A stretch of DNA of 63,216 nt, counting the filler, from Octopus bimaculoides (Eukaryota): NCBI RefSeq assembly GCF_001194135.2. It is 7 parts of 6 records of this genome, joined end to end, with 100 filler letters (N's around TTAATTAATTAA, not from the genome) between each part and the next. Parts side by side here need not be neighbours in the genome. Positions count along the whole stretch, not along the records: positions 1 to 21,085 come from NC_068989.1; 6 more parts are not named here. The stretch is one strand, 5' to 3'. The notes below the pieces were generated by a model that was not told the DNA's origin, made no database searches, and worked only from the letters and a program-made list of their open reading frames with translations. The position numbers and the translations under genes were made by a program. Positions within the stretch are counted from its first letter, which is position 1, and each line of letters begins with the position of its first letter. Positions 1 to 12,404 of this stretch are shown one piece after another.

Positions 1-34
<34 letters not shown>

Positions 35-599
35 GCGCGCGCGTGTGTGTGTGTGTATCAAGCAAAACATAAATTCCTGTGAAATATATACGATTTTGTA
101 ATTCTATACATGAGGCTGATATTCTTTTATAGATCAGTTATTATGTAAAATATCTTTAACAAAGAATAAACTCAATATAAAGCATATATATACCTATATA
201 GATTTCCATAGGCCTTTGTGAAACATATATCCTTATGTAAGACTTGTATACATCCATACTTCATATATACTGATGTATTTACATGTATCCTTATGTAAAT
301 TATATATTACATGAGGAGTATATGTTTTTATGTGAAGTATATATTTTCATATATAACGTGTATATTTTCTTATGAATCTTATATCTTCTGTAAAGCACAT
401 AGGCTTATCTAAAATATATTTAATTTGAATTAAATTAATAAAATGCCACTTGGTGCACTAATTTTTGAATACGAAATTATCATAAACAATTTATCCATCC
501 ACAAAATGATATTTCAATGAGTACTTTTACAAACTCATTCGAAATCTTGTTTCAGTGTGCAGGTTACAAATGAACAACTTGTGCATCCCTTCGATACTG

Positions 600-1180
600 C
601 CAAAACGTCCTTAAACAGGTGGTCAACCATCGCCTTGGATCGTCCAGTCAACAGATGAAGTGACGTGTAACACATTGTTCTCTACCGCAGTAATCGTTAT
701 TTTCTCTTCCCTCACATTCTCTATCATCGTGCAAAAGCATGAATTTAGCATAGAAGCAAAACATTGTATGTATGTATGGATGCATGCATCCATCCATCCA
801 TCCATCCATCCATCCATCCATCCATCCATACATACATAGAACACTACCGGCCTGATATTAAAATGTGGCACCACACAGAAAAAAATATGCTCTGTTGTGG
901 AAATCAGCTGGTCTCTGGACACCAATGAGATTAGAAAAGTGCAAGACATTTAGGGACCATCGACAAGGAGTTTGAAAACCCAGGAGCCAAGATACACTTT
1001 CAGCTTCATACTTATTACTATTGGAGCAACAGGATACATATCGACCAGTCTGGAGTAAAGTATGGCTGAACTTAGGTTCTTGAGGATAGAACGCAAATCC
1101 TTAATTCATTGACTATAAATGATTGCGATATCAGGGATAATGAAATGTGTAAGACCTTCTTAAGATTTAAAGGACGGTGA
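600..1180 (+). mobile_element. Degenerate 3' ORF end of an RLE-type non-LTR retrotransposon (Dong/R4-like restriction-like endonuclease domain)
   Basis: Translation across frameshifts and stops gives [10 protein letters not shown]-[microsatellite]-HYRPDI...KKICSVVEISWSLDTN...YTFSFILITIGATGYI...MCKTFLRFKGR*. This resembles the RPD..(D/E)-type RLE tail of R2/R4-clade LINEs, matched from memory of the family. Confidence 0.6.
766..839. repeat. (ATGT)n/(ATCC)n tetranucleotide microsatellite interrupting the LINE relic
   Basis: Directly visible; it splits the C-K-H-x-R-P-D codons. Confidence 0.95.
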
Positions 1181-1682
1181 ACAAAACAAGATGCTTTCTC
1201 TTCACAACCTTGCTTCTAAGCAGGTGGTCGGTAAAAATTAACTCTAAATTAAAAAGAGGAAAAGTATATTTACAAATACATACATACATGCATGCATATG
1301 TACTCACATGCACATACATACGTGCACATACATACATGCAGACAGACAGAGATAATGCATTATGCACAGTGCTTTGTGAAGCCTGTACTGACTTCTGCTT
1401 ACTTCCTCTGATAAATAGCTTTTTCAGTTCTATCTACCGAGTGGTATTTTATTACAAATGTAAATGTAAAGAAAATTACTGTTTGTTTTCTCTGTTGTTA
1501 GTGATAAATACCGTAGTTAGGTTTGTTTACCGATTTCAATGTCAAAGGAATTATGTATGTTTGTATATTTTGCACATTCATACAAATGTATGTACAGTAT
1601 GTGTATACATACAGATGTATATCATATATGTGTGTGTGCACGGTGTGTGTTTATAAACGTGTACATATCATTAATCTATATA

Positions 1683-1792
1683 TACGAGGGGTGTATGAAA
1701 AGTCTTGAGCCTCAAAAAAACAAAACATGGTACAAGACTTCTGATGAATGTACAAGACTTCAAGGCTCAAAAGTTTTCATACACCCCTCGTG
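1683..1792. mobile_element. Mariner-type MITE (~110 bp)
   Basis: TIRs TACGAGGGGTGTATGAAAAGTCTTGAGCCT and AGGCTCAAAAGTTTTCATACACCCCTCGTG, flanked by TA on both sides. Confidence 0.8.
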
Positions 1793-3074
1793 TATATTTT
1801 TTCTACAGAACCACAGGAGGGATGTGAAATTTTCAATTCTTTAAAACCCATTTCTAAACGTTAACAAGTATTGAGTCGTTAAACTGTTTCAGCAATAACA
1901 CCTCAATCTCTACGAGTGCATTTCCGATTTTCTGTGCTTTTTCTAAGAAACGGTGACAGAATATCTTAGTGCAGGCGATTCTTTAATGAATATTCGAGAT
2001 GTTTTCATTGGGCGACCAGATGGCCGATGTGTTTCACCGTGATGACATCATCAAGATATATCTTTATATTTCTCACGACATTTTCCTTGCAGCTGAAGTT
2101 CACCTTTGCACGGTTTGTGTAGTTTATTTTGAACAACCAATGGTTTATTAAGAAAATGTTTGTTTATACGAAAGAAGTCCCCTGCTGCATTGGGCTTTAC
2201 ATATTTTACATAAGTGATAAACCATATTAAATACCTTTCTCTGGTATTTTTGGAACGGTTTTAGTTGTTTACAAGTGACAACATATATTTTTTTTCTCAT
2301 TTTACTGTTGCCTGGTACAGTCACATTGTAGTAAAACGCGGCCATGTCTGTTAAGCGTTTGCGAGTAAAACGTTAACTCTCTTACTGATGACGGTGGGTG
2401 GGAATTTGATTCCACGGGCATGTACAAATAGTAGGTCGTGGTTTCCTGAAGAGATTGTATGATTCAACAGTTAGGTTAAGCTTAAAATCAAGGACGTTTA
2501 TACAGCTTGCTATGCTTCAAACCGTCAACTTCAACTTAAATGTGTTTGGGTCTTATGATTCAGTTGCTAAGATTTTCATGTGTGCACCGACATATATTAT
2601 TATCTGGTCTTCTCTCTGAAAAAGCCGACGCTAATGCCATCAAGCATACTTTTGTTGTTGTTGTTGTTGTTGTTGTTGTTGCTGTTGCTGCTGCAACACT
2701 AGCCCTGCTTCAGCTCCTCCGCTAAAATCCTGCAGACACTTGCAGAGTGACACGCACGCCGCACGCACGCACACACACATTCGTTTCCCAGACTGGTTGC
2801 GCGTTGTATTCTTCCACGTTGTCCCAATTCACTCAGCTGTGAATGGATAATCCCGAGACGGACATGCGTCTCGTTCAAGGAGAGAGTGCTTGACCACTCC
2901 GTCCAGCCAGTGGGGTGGGGTCATTCGGAAACAACAACAACAATGCGGGGAAGCGTAATGTGACCAGCGGTGTATGACCATATCCGATAGTCCTAGCCAA
3001 TAAAGTCATGTGTGTGTGTGTGTGCTTAGGTAGGTATGTACGTTATACAATATTTATAGTTTATGCACACACAC

Positions 3075-3106
<32 letters not shown>

Positions 3107-4221
3107 ATGTGTGTGCGTGTGTGTGTGTATGTGTGTGTGTGTGTGTGTCTGTGTGTGTAGTGTATATATGAATATGTACATATACACATCTGTGCGTGTG
3201 TGTATATGTGTGCACGTAGGCATGTAGGTACGTATTTATAGTTTATGCACACATATGTATATATACATATGCGTGTGTGTATATGTGTATATATGAATAT
3301 GTACATGTACACATCAGTGTGTGTGTGTGTGTGTGTGTGTCGCTCTGCACGTGTCTGCAGGATGTATGTGTATGTCAGCAATTTGATAAGACTGTTTATA
3401 TAAAATGCTGTGTATAAACCTATATTCCAATATCAATTTCATTGTGTAAATATAACTCAGGATTATGACAACACATCGAAGCCACCCCTCCGCCTCCCGC
3501 TCCACAATCACTCCTACTGTCACCTTTGCTACCACCAACCATTACCACCAATTCCTCTCTCAGACAAAATGTACAAGGGTCTGGAAATATTCTATGCCCA
3601 CCTCACATCTTTATATAAATACTGGCCCGGCGTCTTATTAAAGGGTCAATTTGCTTCTGTTTACATACATGTGTACGTGCAAATGTGTCTGCCTGTGAAT
3701 GCGTGTATGTGTACGTGTCTGTTCTTACGTGTGTGTGTGTGGTTGAGTGTGTGTGTGTATGGTTGCATGTGTGTGGGGGTGTTGGGGGGCGTGTGTGCGT
3801 GTGCCAATATATTCTATGTGACCTCGGTTGAATCTCATATTGGAACCTTAATCCTGTCTTTTTACCAAATTCCTGAGTCGCTATCAAACCTTTAACCGTT
3901 AATTTTTACGAAACCCGTTCCCCAGTAATGTTTCTCTCACTGCTGTGAAACTTTAGTTAATGCGATTCTCGGCCAAAAGAATTCTTGTGTGTGTGTATAT
4001 ATATCTATATACGTGTGTGTGTTTACGTGTGTATGCGTGCGTGCGTGTTACTATTTAAAAACTAGTTTTGTTTCATCATGTACATTATTTACATTTGACG
4101 GATATTTGTCCTCATCTTGTTTGTTTCGGCTGATATACCCTCCAGCCTTCATCAGGTGTCTTGGGGAAATTTAGAACCTGGGTTCTCATTCCTAAGATAT
4201 TTTTCGATGTTGTCGTTGTTG

Positions 4222-4224
<3 letters not shown>

Positions 4225-4275
<51 letters not shown>

Positions 4276-4346
4276 TCACTGCCTGGAATCGAACTCGGAG
4301 TCTTGGGGTTAGTAACTCGCGCTCTTAACCACTACGCCATATGCCC
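4225..4346 (-). mobile_element. Short tRNA-derived SINE with (TAA)n tail
   Basis: Minus strand reads GGGCATATGGCGTAGTGGTTAAGAG...GAGTTCGATTCCAGGCAGTGACCTGAA, with Pol III A and B boxes, followed directly by about 15 TAA units. Confidence 0.75.
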
Positions 4347-4468
4347 GTGGGCAATTATGGAGTGAATTTTAGTTTGGTTTCGACCCCGTACAACCTGAAG
4401 TTTCGTAGGCTCGTTACAAGAACCTAACTTAGTATTTATTTAATATTTATTTCACCACTTATTCTTAA

Positions 4469-4569
4469 GACTACAGCCGTTTCGTAGCCTTCGTCATGTA
4501 ATTCAGTATATAATAAATCATACTCCGAATTTATTATAACATGATGAAGATTGCAAAACGGCTGTAATC
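4469..4569. mobile_element. Inverted pair of Penelope-like element termini with degenerate hammerhead-like motif
   Basis: ATGACGAAGGCTACGAAACGGCTGTAGTC on (-) at 4469-4497 and ATGATGAAGATTGCAAAACGGCTGTAATC on (+) at 4541-4569, each followed by AATAAA. A third copy lies on (-) at 19240-19268. Confidence 0.45.
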
Positions 4570-4664
4570 CTACGGCTAACAAATGGCTGAATAAATATAC
4601 ACACACACACGCGCAAATATATATAAATGTTTATATGCACATACATATATATATGTATGTATGC

Positions 4665-4720
<56 letters not shown>

Positions 4721-5480
4721 GTGTGTGTGTGTTTTCAAAATTTACATATGTAAGGTCAGTGTACGACATTATTCTGAACACGGAAGTCGTCTAGACAGAC
4801 TTTGTATAGTTCATATTTTTTATTATTACAGCTAATAATAAAAGTGTAGGTCTAAATTAATATTAAAACGTTGCTAGGCAACCAACCATCTTACAGTTGG
4901 GATTTCACATTCTCAAGAGATTAACAGACGAAGCCAAACACAATGAAACATTCTCAAATCACGAATGGTATCTCAAGGTCGCCACTGAACATGGCAGAAA
5001 TAGCAACCTAATATCCTTAAAATCATACTTTGATTTCTTAAGAAATGGTATGGCATGTTCGATGCTGTCCTGTTCGTAGCTAAGTCGACTCTGTAGACAG
5101 ACGTGCTCCAAAAGGATTCAACTAAACAACAACAACAGCAACACATTGTATCCTGAAATGTTTCGCCACTCATCTGTTAGTTCATTCCAATGTTTTCTTT
5201 GAGTCTATGTTTAAGGTAAAATCCAGTCAGGCTTCAAGGTAAAATGCTTCAGGTGAGCTTACAGCGTGCTAAATATGGTTTGGTGTCCGTTATCACAACA
5301 ACTGATCGAAATACAATTGGTCGAAAATAAAGTTAATCGAATTATAAGCAAGTATTCGAATTACGAGAAATATTTCAAGAGAAAAGATTATATTGTCACA
5401 TTTGATAATAATTATTTCATAAAAATGTTATATTAATCTCACATTACCGAAAACAGCTCAGAAATATGGCCCACACTGGC

Positions 5481-5768
5481 ACTCTGCCGGTTACGATATC
5501 GTTGGTACCAGTTGATGCAATTCAATGGAAGAGCCTGCTCGTGAAATTAACATGCAAGTGGCTGAGCACTCCACAGACATGCGTGCCCTTAACGTAGTTC
5601 TCAGAGAGATTCAGCGTGACGAGACTGGCCCCTTTGAATTATAGGTACAACTCATTTTTGCCAGCTGATTGAACTGGAGCAACGTGAAATAAAGTGTCTT
5701 GCTCAAGGACACAACTCATCGCCGGAAATCGAACCCACTGTATACCGTAACCGCTAAGTCATGTGTCC
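5481..5768 (-). mobile_element. tRNA-derived SINE family C (head, CORE-like centre, conserved 3' body)
   Basis: Minus strand has B box GGTTCGATTTCC and GCAAGACACTTTATTTCACGTTGCTCCAG...CAGCTGGCAAAAATGAGT. The 3' body recurs at 19455-19552 (+), 28160-28330 (-) and about 52490-52650 (+). Confidence 0.8.
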
Positions 5769-6389
5769 ATGTGCACATATTAACTACACTAGTTTTTTAA
5801 TTTCAATTTTTGAAAACATTTTAATAAATCCAGAAAATACACCCTTGTTCTAATATTTACCATAACTATTATAATTCCAAAAATTCGAATAATTGTCAAT
5901 TCAATCGACTTCGACTGAGAGCTACGGGTTTCGACAAACTGTATTTCGATAAACTGTATGTCGTTAAAAAGACATTCGGTTGAGTCACACACATATTAAC
6001 TGATAAATTATATTCTTTTTATTGAGAATTTAAGATTGAGGGCGTTCGGTTGGTAAAATCATTTGAGTGTCGGACAAATTCCAGATCTTTACAGAAAATG
6101 AAGAACCCGCTGAGCGTTGAAGTGGTGTAATCGATTCTACCTCTACGTGTACAGTACCCCAATCTCTGGCCAGAGGCTACTCTCTTTCGGAGATCCCTTC
6201 TACACGTCTGTTCCCATCGTCATCCTCTCGAAAAGAGAGCTTGTTCAAATGCTTCTGTTCTTCACGTGACGTCACTTCCCCTCGCTTTTCGTCCCGATGT
6301 CTTCCTCCACTCTTCCACTCTTATACAATGGAATATTACTTGACCTGCTATTTCTTGCAAGTCAAGCAACTAGACGGAGGCTATAACTA

Positions 6390-6960
6390 GGGCTGTCACC
6401 ATATCTTGTCATGAGCCAGCGAGAAAACCTCTACAGGGTCACTTGATCTGCTAGAAATAACAGCAAAATCTCCCTCTGATCACATGCTACCATCTTAAAA
6501 ATAAATAAAATACGTTGAATAGTATGCTCTTGATTTCCTTGGAATGGAGATGTTCACAGAAGAGGAACGAGAGAGACATTGTTAAAGCTTCTGCCATTGG
6601 TCACATGTCTGCAGAGGGTATAGAACCAGCATTACAAATGAAACACTCGTCATAATTACGGTGCTACCCCTGCTTACAAAAGCCAATCCAACGTACGACA
6701 TTACGTAGTGACCAAAGATTTAAAGTGTGTTGAATGCGAATACAGTGATGTTTAGTCTTTAGTCAAATCTGATCAATCAAGATTGCAGAAATGATCAAAA
6801 CCAACCTCATCATCTCAAACAGTCGGGAGAGCTTCTACGTGTTCGCTTAATCTACTAGAAATAGAAACCAAATCTCTTAAAGCAAATCGTATCGTTTTAA
6901 AAAGAGAAGGATGTATTTGATGGTGTGGTCCTACAGACGCTGCGCTTGAAAGAAGCTGAT
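6390..6960. repeat. Two adjacent diverged copies of an old dispersed repeat
   Basis: CTTGATCTGCTAGAAATAACAGCAAAATCTC (~6443) resembles CTTAATCTACTAGAAATAGAAACCAAATCTC (~6847). Confidence 0.4.
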
Positions 6961-7584
6961 GGGATGGTCACAACTCGAACGCCGTTGATCGTTTGTCTAC
7001 TTGATAAAAGCTGACTTGTAAATAAACAACAGCAACAACAACAGCGGCAGTAGCAACAACAACAACAACAGCTGCAACAATAACAAAAACAACAACAATA
7101 ACAAACACAACAACAACAACAACAGCTACAGCAATAAAAACAACAAACAACAGTAGCAACAACATCAACAATAACGTATACATCATGGAAAAAGTGTTAG
7201 CGTTGACATCAGTCGAGTTCCTACGTAAAACGATAACAGTTGTAATTTTAGCATCTTAAGTACTCATGTACTCTTTGACTCGCTAAACTTACTCATGTAA
7301 CAAATATAAAAGCAGCTACAAAAACAATATTTACAGTTTCCATTTGGCACAATGAGGGAAGGTGCATAACCCATGTAACAGACATCAGTACATGCTTTGC
7401 ACTGTCTTTTGATCGATGTTGGAAAGCGAAAAAGCAAATTCTTCAAAAGATTTTCAACGCAATTTGGAGGAAAACACAGCCAAACGTGCTAAAACCTATT
7501 CAAACATTGAAAAATATTGTTGGTTTCCTCAAAAACATAAATCCTTTCTATTAAAAGCAGTGCCTGAAACTTTAGTGGATGGAG

Positions 7585-7950
7585 CTAGTCGATTACATCG
7601 GTCCCCAGTACTCAACTGGTACCTATTTTAATGGCACCGAAAGGATGAAAGGAAAAGTCGGAAGATATAACGCTAAGCATTTTCCCATTACGGTAAGAAT
7701 TCTGCCATCTCGCTGCCCTGTAGTCGTATAAATATTGGTTCCAAATTTTGACACAAGGCCAGTGTTTTCAAGGGAGGGGGTAAGTCAGTTACATCAACCC
7801 CCAGTGCTCAACTGGTACTTAATTTATCGACCCCGAAAGGATGAAAGGTAAAGTCGACCTCGGTGGAATTTGAACTCAGAACGAAAAGATAGAAGAAATG
7901 CTGCTAAGCATTTTGCCCGGTGTGCTAACGATTCTGCCAGCTCCAAGCCT
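7585..7950 (-). mobile_element. Two tandem copies of tRNA-derived SINE family B (partial 7585-7718, near-full 7722-7950)
   Basis: Minus strand GAGCTGGCAGAATCGTTAGCAC...GAGTTCAAATTCC...TTTCATCCTTTCGGGGTCGATAAATTAAGTACCAG; a related copy lies at 20145-20337. Confidence 0.85.
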
Positions 7951-9092
7951 TAACTTCCCGAAACCGCGGAAATATTCTTATTTCTATTTTGGAATATTGT
8001 TTCATTATGTTTAAATGTTTCGATTTTGTCCTCGGTTGTGTTCCACAGTTAAAGTTGTCCCAAATCAAATACAAGAACATCGTGACAAGGAGAATATTTT
8101 ATATGGCTCTGTGTGTGTTTGTGTTTTACGTGTTCAAGTCCATGTATGAATGTGCTACTCCGTGTCGGACACTGGAATGATATTTGATCACTTTATAGAG
8201 CGTTTGGGTGTCGGTTTGGTGTCTGGAAAGGGGTAGCTTACCTCATCGGCAAGTAAAAGCTCTTTAGCCTTGGCTGGAGAACGAAATCTTCAAAATAAAA
8301 CTTGAAGCCTTGGAAGTTCCTGGTTTTGTCAATTTTCATGTCACACCGGTGAAAGTCTTCTTGAGTCAATAGGTGGGGGTAGTGCAGTGCAAACTACAGC
8401 TACTGAAAATTAATCATCTGTACAGGTACTTCTTGTACACCAAATCTTAGTAAAATCATTGAATATATATATATATATATANNNNNNNNNNNNNNNNNNN
8501 NNNNNNNNNNNNNNNNNNNNNNNNNNNNNNNNNNNNNNNNNNNNNNNNNNNNNNNNNNNNNNNNNNNNNNNNNNNNNNNNNNNNNNNNNNNNNNNNNNNN
8601 NNNNNNNNNNNNNNNNNNNNNNNNNNNNNNNNNNNNNNNNNNNNNNNNNNNNNNNNNNNNNNNNNNNNNNNNNNNNNNNNNNNNNNNNNNNNNNNNNNNN
8701 NNNNNNNNNNNNNNNNNNNNNNNNNNNNNNNNNNNNNNNNNNNNNNNNNNNNNNNNNNNNNNNNNNNNNNNNNNNNNNNNNNNNNNNNNNNNNNNNNNNN
8801 NNNNNNNNNNNNNNNNNNNNNNNNNNNNNNNNNNNNNNNNNNNNNNNNNNNNNNNNNNNNNNNNNNNNNNNNNNNNNNNNNNNNNNNNNNNNNNNNNNNN
8901 NNNNNNNNNNNNNNNNNNNNNNNNNNNNNNNNNNNNNNNNNNNNNTGTTGGAGAAGCAACTCAATTGCTAATCCCTGTATATTTATAATGATAAATAGTC
9001 TTACCGATAAAGGTTTTTTTCATACTGAACTACTTGGCAGAATTGTTAATTATTAATTCTATTATTAATTGACGATTCTCTGCCCTTATTCT

Positions 9093-9126
<34 letters not shown>

Positions 9127-9475
9127 TGTATGGGTGCGCGTATATATATGCGGGAATTCGTGGATGCATGAATTATGTATGTGTGGCACGAAGGAGGGGG
9201 ATAATAATGGTCCGATCGTTAATCCAAAAGGCTTCGTTCCTTGCCAACATTATCGTTAACTCTGGGCTCTGTTTAAATGGTTTATACAGCTGCATTCCGA
9301 AGGTTCGTTTGTTATTTATCCAAGGGCGCCTGATAACAGATATCTTTGTCCTCAATTGGCTGCTTGGATATCACCATTCAATATGAGTATGTGTACATAT
9401 ATGTATGTGTTTGGATGTGTGTATGTATGTGAATATATATATACATATATCACATTATATTGTTGTTGCTGTTGC

Positions 9476-9533
<58 letters not shown>

Positions 9534-9589
9534 TCATATACGCACAACAGATTAAACTGTTGGAAAAGAAAAGTTCCTAACATTATTAT

Positions 9590-9639
<50 letters not shown>

Positions 9640-9957
9640 TTATTATTATTTCTGTTATATATTTGCAGATCAGAAGAGACCACCATCACAACACCATCAT
9701 CATTACAACTATGATCAAACAACTACGCGCCGAGGCACAATCACAGAAACATACACGCACACGCACTCACTCAAACACACACACACACACAGAGCCAGCT
9801 ACTGATTAAAGCTTCCCAAATAATGACAAACCAACTTCGGAATCAGTTCCGCAAATAAATGCAAGAGATCTGCGTCGACCATCCGCTATGTTTGTTAATC
9901 CTGTGCAAGACAAGGGTCTATCTTATGCAGTGGCTCTCTTTTATCTTCTACGCACCA

Positions 9958-10559
9958 CCAGGAAAAGAGACCTCTACCAGGAAAAGAGACCTCTGCCAGG
10001 GAAAGAGACCTCTGCCAGGAAAAGAGACCTCTGCCAGGAAAAGAGACCTCTACCAGGAAAAGAGACCTCTGCCAGGAAAAGAGACCTCTGCCAGGAAAAG
10101 AGACCTCTACCAGGAAAAGAGACCTCTGCNNNNNNNNNNNNNNNNNNNNNNNNNNNNNNNNNNNNNNNNNNNNNNNNNNNNNNNNNNNNNNNNNNNNNNN
10201 NNNNNNNNNNNNNNNNNNNNNNNNNNNNNNNNNNNNNNNNNNNNNNNNNNNNNNNNNNNNNNNNNNNNNNNNNNNNNNNNNNNNNNNNNNNNNNNNNNNN
10301 NNNNNNNNNNNNNNNNNAAAGAGACCTCTGCCAGGAAAAGAGACCTCTGCCAGGAAAAGAGACCTCTACCAGGAAAAGAGACCTCTGCCAGGAAAAGAGA
10401 CCTCTGCCAGGAAAAGAGACCTCTACCAGGAAAAGAGACCTCTACCAGGAAAAGAGACCTCTACCAGGAAAAGAGACCTCTGCCAGGAAAAGAGACCTCT
10501 CCCAGGAAAAGAGACCTCTGCCAGGAAAAGAGACCTCTGCCAGTAAACGAGACCTCTAC
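9958..10559. repeat. 19-bp minisatellite (CCAGGAAAAGAGACCTCT[A/G])n with an internal assembly gap
   Basis: Units are directly visible on both sides of the N gap at 10130-10317. Confidence 0.97.
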
Positions 10560-12404
10560 TAGTTCAAGTGATACATCAATACAACACATGTTATACTTGC
10601 AGAAGTTCGTAATTCCATATTTGAATGATACAGCGATTCATACTGAGAGAAGGTAACCATTTTCAACAATATCCATTGAAAACAAGATATTAGAAGCAGC
10701 GTTCTAAATGTCCTTTGAGGCTACATATGCAGTGTGTAGGAATATTCTAAAAGAGCAGTCCCTTGTTTTCGAATCTGAAGAATTCTGAGATTACAATTCT
10801 TCTAACAACAGATGTCAGCATTGAAAAATTAAGAAATATCATTGAAACATACAAAATTGAAAATAAAGTTTTTGCACGTGTGACTCTGTGTGTGTGTGTG
10901 TGTGTGTGCGCGCGTGCGTGCGTGCGTGTGTGTGTGTGTGTTTAAGTAAACTAGCTCGTCAAGAAAATGTCTATAAGAGATGAAAGTATTCATACTGAGA
11001 AGTAGTGTTTAACACCACCTAAATACGGATGTTACCTAGGAACAGACGATACTGCCCTTTTAAGTCCAAGAGGACATCTCCGCCTACTGGTTATGCAGTG
11101 TATAACCAACAGGCACACCCTACTATTTTAGCCCTGAGACCATCAGACTGTGCGGTTTTGACCTTCCATTGAACATCTTCAGTGAAGGATACTCGTCCGC
11201 TAGACATAGAAGTAGTTCACTCCAGTTCGTAATATAATAGTACAGTTTTCTCACCGCTTCCAATATATATCGAGTGCAGAATGCACTGCATAACCTCCTG
11301 GTGTTAAAATGGCAGTATCGATGGCTCCTAGGGAACAGCCATATTTAGGTGGCGTTAAACATTACTTGTATATATATACAGTTTTATCCGAAAAGGTCAG
11401 TTTTTGTACGATTTCCGTTCACTATTCAGTAGGCAAGGAAGTCCATGTCTTCAGCTTGAATTTTCTTTCATGTGGGCACCGATTAAACACCTCACTTTTG
11501 TAATTGGAGAAGACCTGCTGATCAAGCAATTTTTTTTTTTTGTATTGATATGCCTTGATACCTCTCACTCTCTTTCTCTCTGAGTTTTTGCCTGTTTCTG
11601 TAACTCATTTCTTACTATCCGAAGCCACGAAGCCATATAGTAAAAGCGATGTAGCAAAAACAAACACTACAAAAAAATGGAGTGAAATGAGTGGCAGCTT
11701 CTGAACATAACGGAAATGGTTATGGAATTGAATCTTTATTGCGGTATGGGGGCGTGTGTATGCATACAAGCGTGTGTATCTGCACCGCAAGGAAGGGTTT
11801 TTCTCACCGGCGTTTACATACCAACGACAATCACGGTTTTTGAAGACTATCATCCACTATTTGCATAGATTGCCATGTGTGTGTGTGTGTGTGTGTGTGT
11901 TTGTGGGTTTCTTTTTAGATGCAAATTCTTTTTTTACTGTTCCTATTAAACAAGATTATTTTGATGTTTATATAGAAGCCTTCGCTCCGTTGGTATTATC
12001 TGTTTTGATCACTTTATACTCATCCACTCAGAACTGATTGTTATTTGAAGCAAGCCTTCACAGGAATCTCTCATTCAACACTAGTGAATTTCCGAAAGGT
12101 TTACGCGCATATTCTTCACATTGGTATACTTTAGATTCATTCTTTCGATATTCTTTCGATGTACCTTGTATGGGCTACGTGAGTCTAGTTACCATATAAA
12201 TCGCTCCTAAAACTTTTAACTTTTCTTATTTAGCGACGACGTTCTTGATTGAGAACTCAGTAAGACAAGATCCTTTGCAGTTGTGAACGACACGCTCCCT
12301 TCGTTCACCTTGTGCCTTTCAGTCGCTTTATCTTTGGCCCTGGCTGCTGAAGGGCACAATTTCTCTCTCAACATCAACTGAAGAAGCGAATAATCGCAGA
12401 GACA

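Noticed and set aside
556-657. LVHPFDTAKT resembling the mitochondrial carrier PxDxxK motif, and a possible 147-nt exon at 619-765
   Set aside because: The frame is short and the region is better explained as part of the RLE-LINE relic.
3410-3895. 161-aa ORF and a proline-rich alternative frame (TPPPPAP)
   Set aside because: The sequence is low-complexity and CA/GT-repeat driven, with no convincing splice sites or Kv4 similarity.
4271-4346. Possible tRNA gene
   Set aside because: There is no convincing acceptor stem or poly-T terminator, and it runs into a TAA tail, so it is SINE-like.
9958-10559. CRISPR-like repeat array
   Set aside because: The units are head-to-tail with no unique spacers, the context is eukaryotic, and there are no cas genes.
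9859-10656. 265-aa and 224-aa ORFs with a repeated QEKRPLPGKETS peptide
   Set aside because: They are produced by the stop-free 19-bp minisatellite plus an N gap; there is no splice or homology support.
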